DNA from: an uncultured Thermus sp.
Lineage (GTDB): Bacteria > Deinococcota > Deinococci > Deinococcales > Thermaceae
DNA length: 64,000 bases
Direction of reading: 5' to 3'
Assembly: GCA_947085095.1 (NCBI GenBank)
Contig: CAMTVD010000004.1
Span: 1 to 64,000, forward strand
The notes beneath the pieces were generated by a model. That model did no database searches, was not told where the DNA came from, and saw only the letters and a list, made by a program, of their open reading frames with translations. Below are positions 60,896 through 64,000 of the stretch, piece after piece; within the stretch, counting starts at the first letter, position 1; the number at the start of each line of letters is the position of its first letter. Made by a program: the position numbers and the translations under genes.

Positions 60896-63343
60896 ATGCG
60901 CCCCGCCCTCCCTTCCCTCCTCTTCCTCTCCCTGGCCCTGGCCGCTAAGCCCGGGGAGGTCCTGGTCCTCCCCTTCCTGGGGCTTCCCGCTGGAGAGGTG
61001 GAGGTGGTCTCGGACCTCCCCCTTCTCCTCACGCCGGGCTCTGGGGAGGGGCCCCTCTTCGTGGTGGTGGAGGTCCCCAAGGAGGCCCCCCCGGGGCCCT
61101 ACCGGGTCTGCCTGAGGCCCAGGGTGGGAAGCGAGGTCTGCCAAAGGGTAGAGGTGGAAGCCCTCAGGGACCTGGAACTCCGCCCACCCCGGGAGGTCCA
61201 CGGCCAGACCCTCCCCCTCCTCCTGCGCAACCGGGGGAACGCGGCCGAAAGGGTGCACCTGGGAACCGCCGAGGGGAGCGAGGTGGACACGCCCCCCCTC
61301 GGCCTCACCCTGGCCCCGGGGGAGGAGCGGGTGGTGGAGCTTCCCCTCTTCGGCTATGGCCTCCTGAAGCTCGCCCTTTCCTGGGGTGATAGGAAGGCCC
61401 TCCACCTGATCCGGGTCCTCCCCGAAGGAGGAAAGCCCCTCCCCTACACACTCCAAGGGCGGGTGGAGGGGAGGTACCGGGGGGAGGATCCCTTCGCCTT
61501 CCGGCTCTCCCTGGAGGGCCCCCTCGCCCGAGAAGTGGGGGTGGGGTTCGTGGGGGGCACGGAGGCCCTGCGCCTCTCCTTGCGAACGGGCCCCTGGAGC
61601 GCCCGGCTCGGCCTTCTCCCCGCTTTGGAGGGGGGGATGACCTACCGGGAGGGCCCCCACGCCCTCTCCCTGGCCTACCCCTGGGCCCTGGAATGGACGT
61701 ACACGCCCAGGGAAACCTACCGCCTGCACCTTTCCCCCACCTCCCTCGCCCTGGGCTACGCCGACGGCACCTACGCCTTTGGGGCCAGCTTCCCTTGGAC
61801 CTTTACCTGGTCCTTTACAGGGGTTTCCCTCCGCCTGGAGCGCTACGGGGACCCCTACCTCTACGCCCGGTACGAGGGCGGGCTTTACGGGGGCTTCGCT
61901 TCGGGTCCCTGGCGAGGGGAAGTGGGTCTTGCACCTTTCGGACCCTCCGTGAGGCTCGCCCACACGGGTGAAGCCTTCGGGCTCACCTACGCCCTCCAGG
62001 GGGGGTACGCCGGAGGGCCAGAACTGGGCTTCGCCCTGGCCTATCCCCTTTCCCCTTTCACCCTCTCCTTGAGGGGAAACCTTCTGCCCCAGGGGGCCTT
62101 TGGCCTCGGCCTCGGGTACCGGGAGGGGAGTCTTTCGGGAGGCCTGGACCTGAGCCCGGGGAGGATTATGGCCCTGGTGGAGTGGCGGGAGGCCCCTTAC
62201 GCTTTCCGCCTGGAGGGGGGGTACACCGGGGGGTTCCGCTTCGCCCTCTCCGGGAGCTACGCCTTCCGCCTCCCCGTGCCCGAGGGGCTTACCCTGGCCC
62301 TGGGAGGGTACGAGCAGGCCCCGGTGGAGGGATGGGTGGAGGTCCTGGGAAGGCCCGTGGCGGGGGCCCGGGTACAGGGGAGGGAAAGCCGGGTGATCAC
62401 GGACGGGGATGGGCGCTTCCGCCTCTACGTATCCCGAGGGGGAGAGGCTTTGCGGGTGGACCCCCCGCCTGGCCTCCTGGCCTTGCCGGGGGAGGTGCGG
62501 GTCCGCCCCGGGGAAGGCCCCTACCGGGTGGAACTCACCCCAGCGGGGGCGGTGCGCCTCCTCTGCGAGGGGCCGGGGCAGGGGGCCTACCTCCTGGGAC
62601 CCGTGGGCCTCTTCCTGGCCTGCGGCAACCGGGCGGTGGTTCCTCCCGGGACCTACCGGGTGGAGCCCGTGGCCCCGAGGGGCTACCGAGGGGAAGGGCG
62701 CTCCTTGGAACTCGCCCCCCTGGCGGAGGCGGAGGTGGCCCTCAGCTTTACGCCCATCCCGGAGGAAAGACTGGAGGAAGCGAAGCCCCTGAGGGTGGAC
62801 TGGCCTCGGGCCCTCGCCCCGGGAGAGGTGGGGGAGGTCTTGGTGCGGGAAAGGGAGGAAGCGGAGCTCTTTGGGGCGCCCCTTTTGCGGAAGGACAAGG
62901 GCCCGGAGGGGATCCGCCTCCTTTTCCAGGTGCCGTGGGAAGCCCAGGGTTCCCTGGTCCTTAGGGTGAGGGCGGAAGGAAAGGAGGCGAGGTGGGTCGT
63001 GCCCCTGGACCCGGGAAAGCCCCTCCTCACCGTGGAGCTTTCGCCCCCCAGGGCCCCTCTCGGCGGAGAGGTGGAGGTACGCCTCCTCGCCCGCTTCCCC
63101 GCCGAGGGAGCCGAGGTCAACCTGGAGGGGGAAAGGCTCCTCGCCTTAAGCCCTTCCGGCGAGGGCCCCCCCTGGACCTTTGTGGGGAAGCTCCCCGTGA
63201 CCGAAGCCCTCGCCCCCAGGGCCACCCCTTTAGGGAACCTCCGCGCCCTTACCCTGGAGGTGCGGGCCTGGCAGGGGGAGAGGGAGGTGCGAACCAGGGT
63301 GCGCCTTCTTCTGGCCCTACCGGGCGCCACGCAAAGACCCTAA
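60896..63343 (+). CDS. Large outer-membrane beta-barrel plus Ig-domain protein, putative usher
   Basis: Signal peptide; central Gly/aromatic alternating strands; TDGDGRF carboxypeptidase-regulatory-like domain. Confidence 0.6.
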   Translation: MRPALPSLLFLSLALAAKPGEVLVLPFLGLPAGEVEVVSDLPLLLTPGSGEGPLFVVVEVPKEAPPGPYRVCLRPRVGSEVCQRVEVEALRDLELRPPREVHGQTLPLLLRNRGNAAERVHLGTAEGSEVDTPPLGLTLAPGEERVVELPLFGYGLLKLALSWGDRKALHLIRVLPEGGKPLPYTLQGRVEGRYRGEDPFAFRLSLEGPLAREVGVGFVGGTEALRLSLRTGPWSARLGLLPALEGGMTYREGPHALSLAYPWALEWTYTPRETYRLHLSPTSLALGYADGTYAFGASFPWTFTWSFTGVSLRLERYGDPYLYARYEGGLYGGFASGPWRGEVGLAPFGPSVRLAHTGEAFGLTYALQGGYAGGPELGFALAYPLSPFTLSLRGNLLPQGAFGLGLGYREGSLSGGLDLSPGRIMALVEWREAPYAFRLEGGYTGGFRFALSGSYAFRLPVPEGLTLALGGYEQAPVEGWVEVLGRPVAGARVQGRESRVITDGDGRFRLYVSRGGEALRVDPPPGLLALPGEVRVRPGEGPYRVELTPAGAVRLLCEGPGQGAYLLGPVGLFLACGNRAVVPPGTYRVEPVAPRGYRGEGRSLELAPLAEAEVALSFTPIPEERLEEAKPLRVDWPRALAPGEVGEVLVREREEAELFGAPLLRKDKGPEGIRLLFQVPWEAQGSLVLRVRAEGKEARWVVPLDPGKPLLTVELSPPRAPLGGEVEVRLLARFPAEGAEVNLEGERLLALSPSGEGPPWTFVGKLPVTEALAPRATPLGNLRALTLEVRAWQGEREVRTRVRLLLALPGATQRP

Positions 63344-63352
63344 ACTGAAGGG

Positions 63353-64000
63353 GTGGCGAAAATCCGGGTGGGCACGGCCAGCTGGACGGACGAGACCCTC
63401 CTCAACTCGGGATGGTACCCTCCCGAGGTGCGCCACCATCCCGAGAAACGCCTCCGGTACTACGCCCAGTTCTTTGACACCGTGGAGGTGGACAGCACCT
63501 TCTACGCCCTGCCCCGCCCTGAGGTGGTAGCCAAGTGGGCGGAGAGGACCCCGGAAGGTTTCCTCTTCCACGTGAAAGCTTATTCCGCCTTCACCGGGCA
63601 CGGCCTCGAGGCGGGAGCCCTCCCCAAGGACCTCCGGGCCCTGCTTCCCAGAAAAGAGGGCCACCTAACCCAGCGGGAGGTGCCCAAGGAGGTGGTGGAG
63701 GAGGCCTGGGGGCGCTTCTTCGCCGCCTTGGAGCCCCTTAGGGCGGCGGGGAAGCTGGGCTACCTTCACTTCGGCCTCCCCCCCTGGACCGAGCCCAAGC
63801 CCCGGAGCTTCCAGTACCTGGAGCACCTGGCGGAAAGGACCCAGGGCTACTGGGTGGCGGTGGAGTTCCGCAACCCCAAGTGGTACGTGGCCTGGGGTTT
63901 TGTCAAAAAGGAGCTCCTTCGCCTGGGCCTCATCCACGTGAGCGTGGACGCCCCTCCCCACCCCGAGGCCCCGCCCCGGGTCCTCGAGGCCACCCACCCG
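63353..64000 (+). CDS. DUF72 family protein (truncated by the window edge)
   Basis: MAKIRVGTASW...YYAQFFDTVEVDSTFYALP...AVEFRN. Confidence 0.88.
   Translation, partial: MAKIRVGTASWTDETLLNSGWYPPEVRHHPEKRLRYYAQFFDTVEVDSTFYALPRPEVVAKWAERTPEGFLFHVKAYSAFTGHGLEAGALPKDLRALLPRKEGHLTQREVPKEVVEEAWGRFFAALEPLRAAGKLGYLHFGLPPWTEPKPRSFQYLEHLAERTQGYWVAVEFRNPKWYVAWGFVKKELLRLGLIHVSVDAPPHPEAPPRVLEATHP

Overview
High-GC sequence from a Thermus-like (Deinococcota) chromosome. (1) 1-~185: the 5' half of an RNase P RNA gene (rnpB) on the minus strand. (2) ~200-21995: a Mu-like transposable prophage with an unusual centre-out layout. A repressor/Cro switch, DDE transposase and AAA+ ATPase sit in the middle. The leftward arm ends in terminase, portal and a MuF protein with a toxin-like extension. 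The rightward arm holds protease, capsid, neck, sheath, tube and tail chaperones, but no tape measure, baseplate or fibre genes are visible. Both late arms start from near-identical 71-bp promoter/hairpin elements. The element's right end (...TTACA) abuts the orphaned 3' 45 nt and terminator of rnpB on the plus strand. This suggests the phage split the essential host rnpB and that the oppositely oriented rnpB at the window start is a replacement copy carried by the element; this is the top candidate for a novel system. (3) 22.2-36.8 kb: the dcw cluster (mraZ to ftsZ) and ruvC. (4) 36.8-46.9 kb: a three-component regulator divergent from a TtrB/TtrA-like molybdoenzyme operon that lacks TtrC/NrfD and instead has two His-containing membrane paralogues, a DOMON protein and YeeE. 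(5) 46.9-58.7 kb: the light-regulated CarH/LdrP carotenoid-photolyase cluster. (6) 58.9-63.3 kb: a putative chaperone-usher-like pilus operon, then a truncated DUF72 gene.
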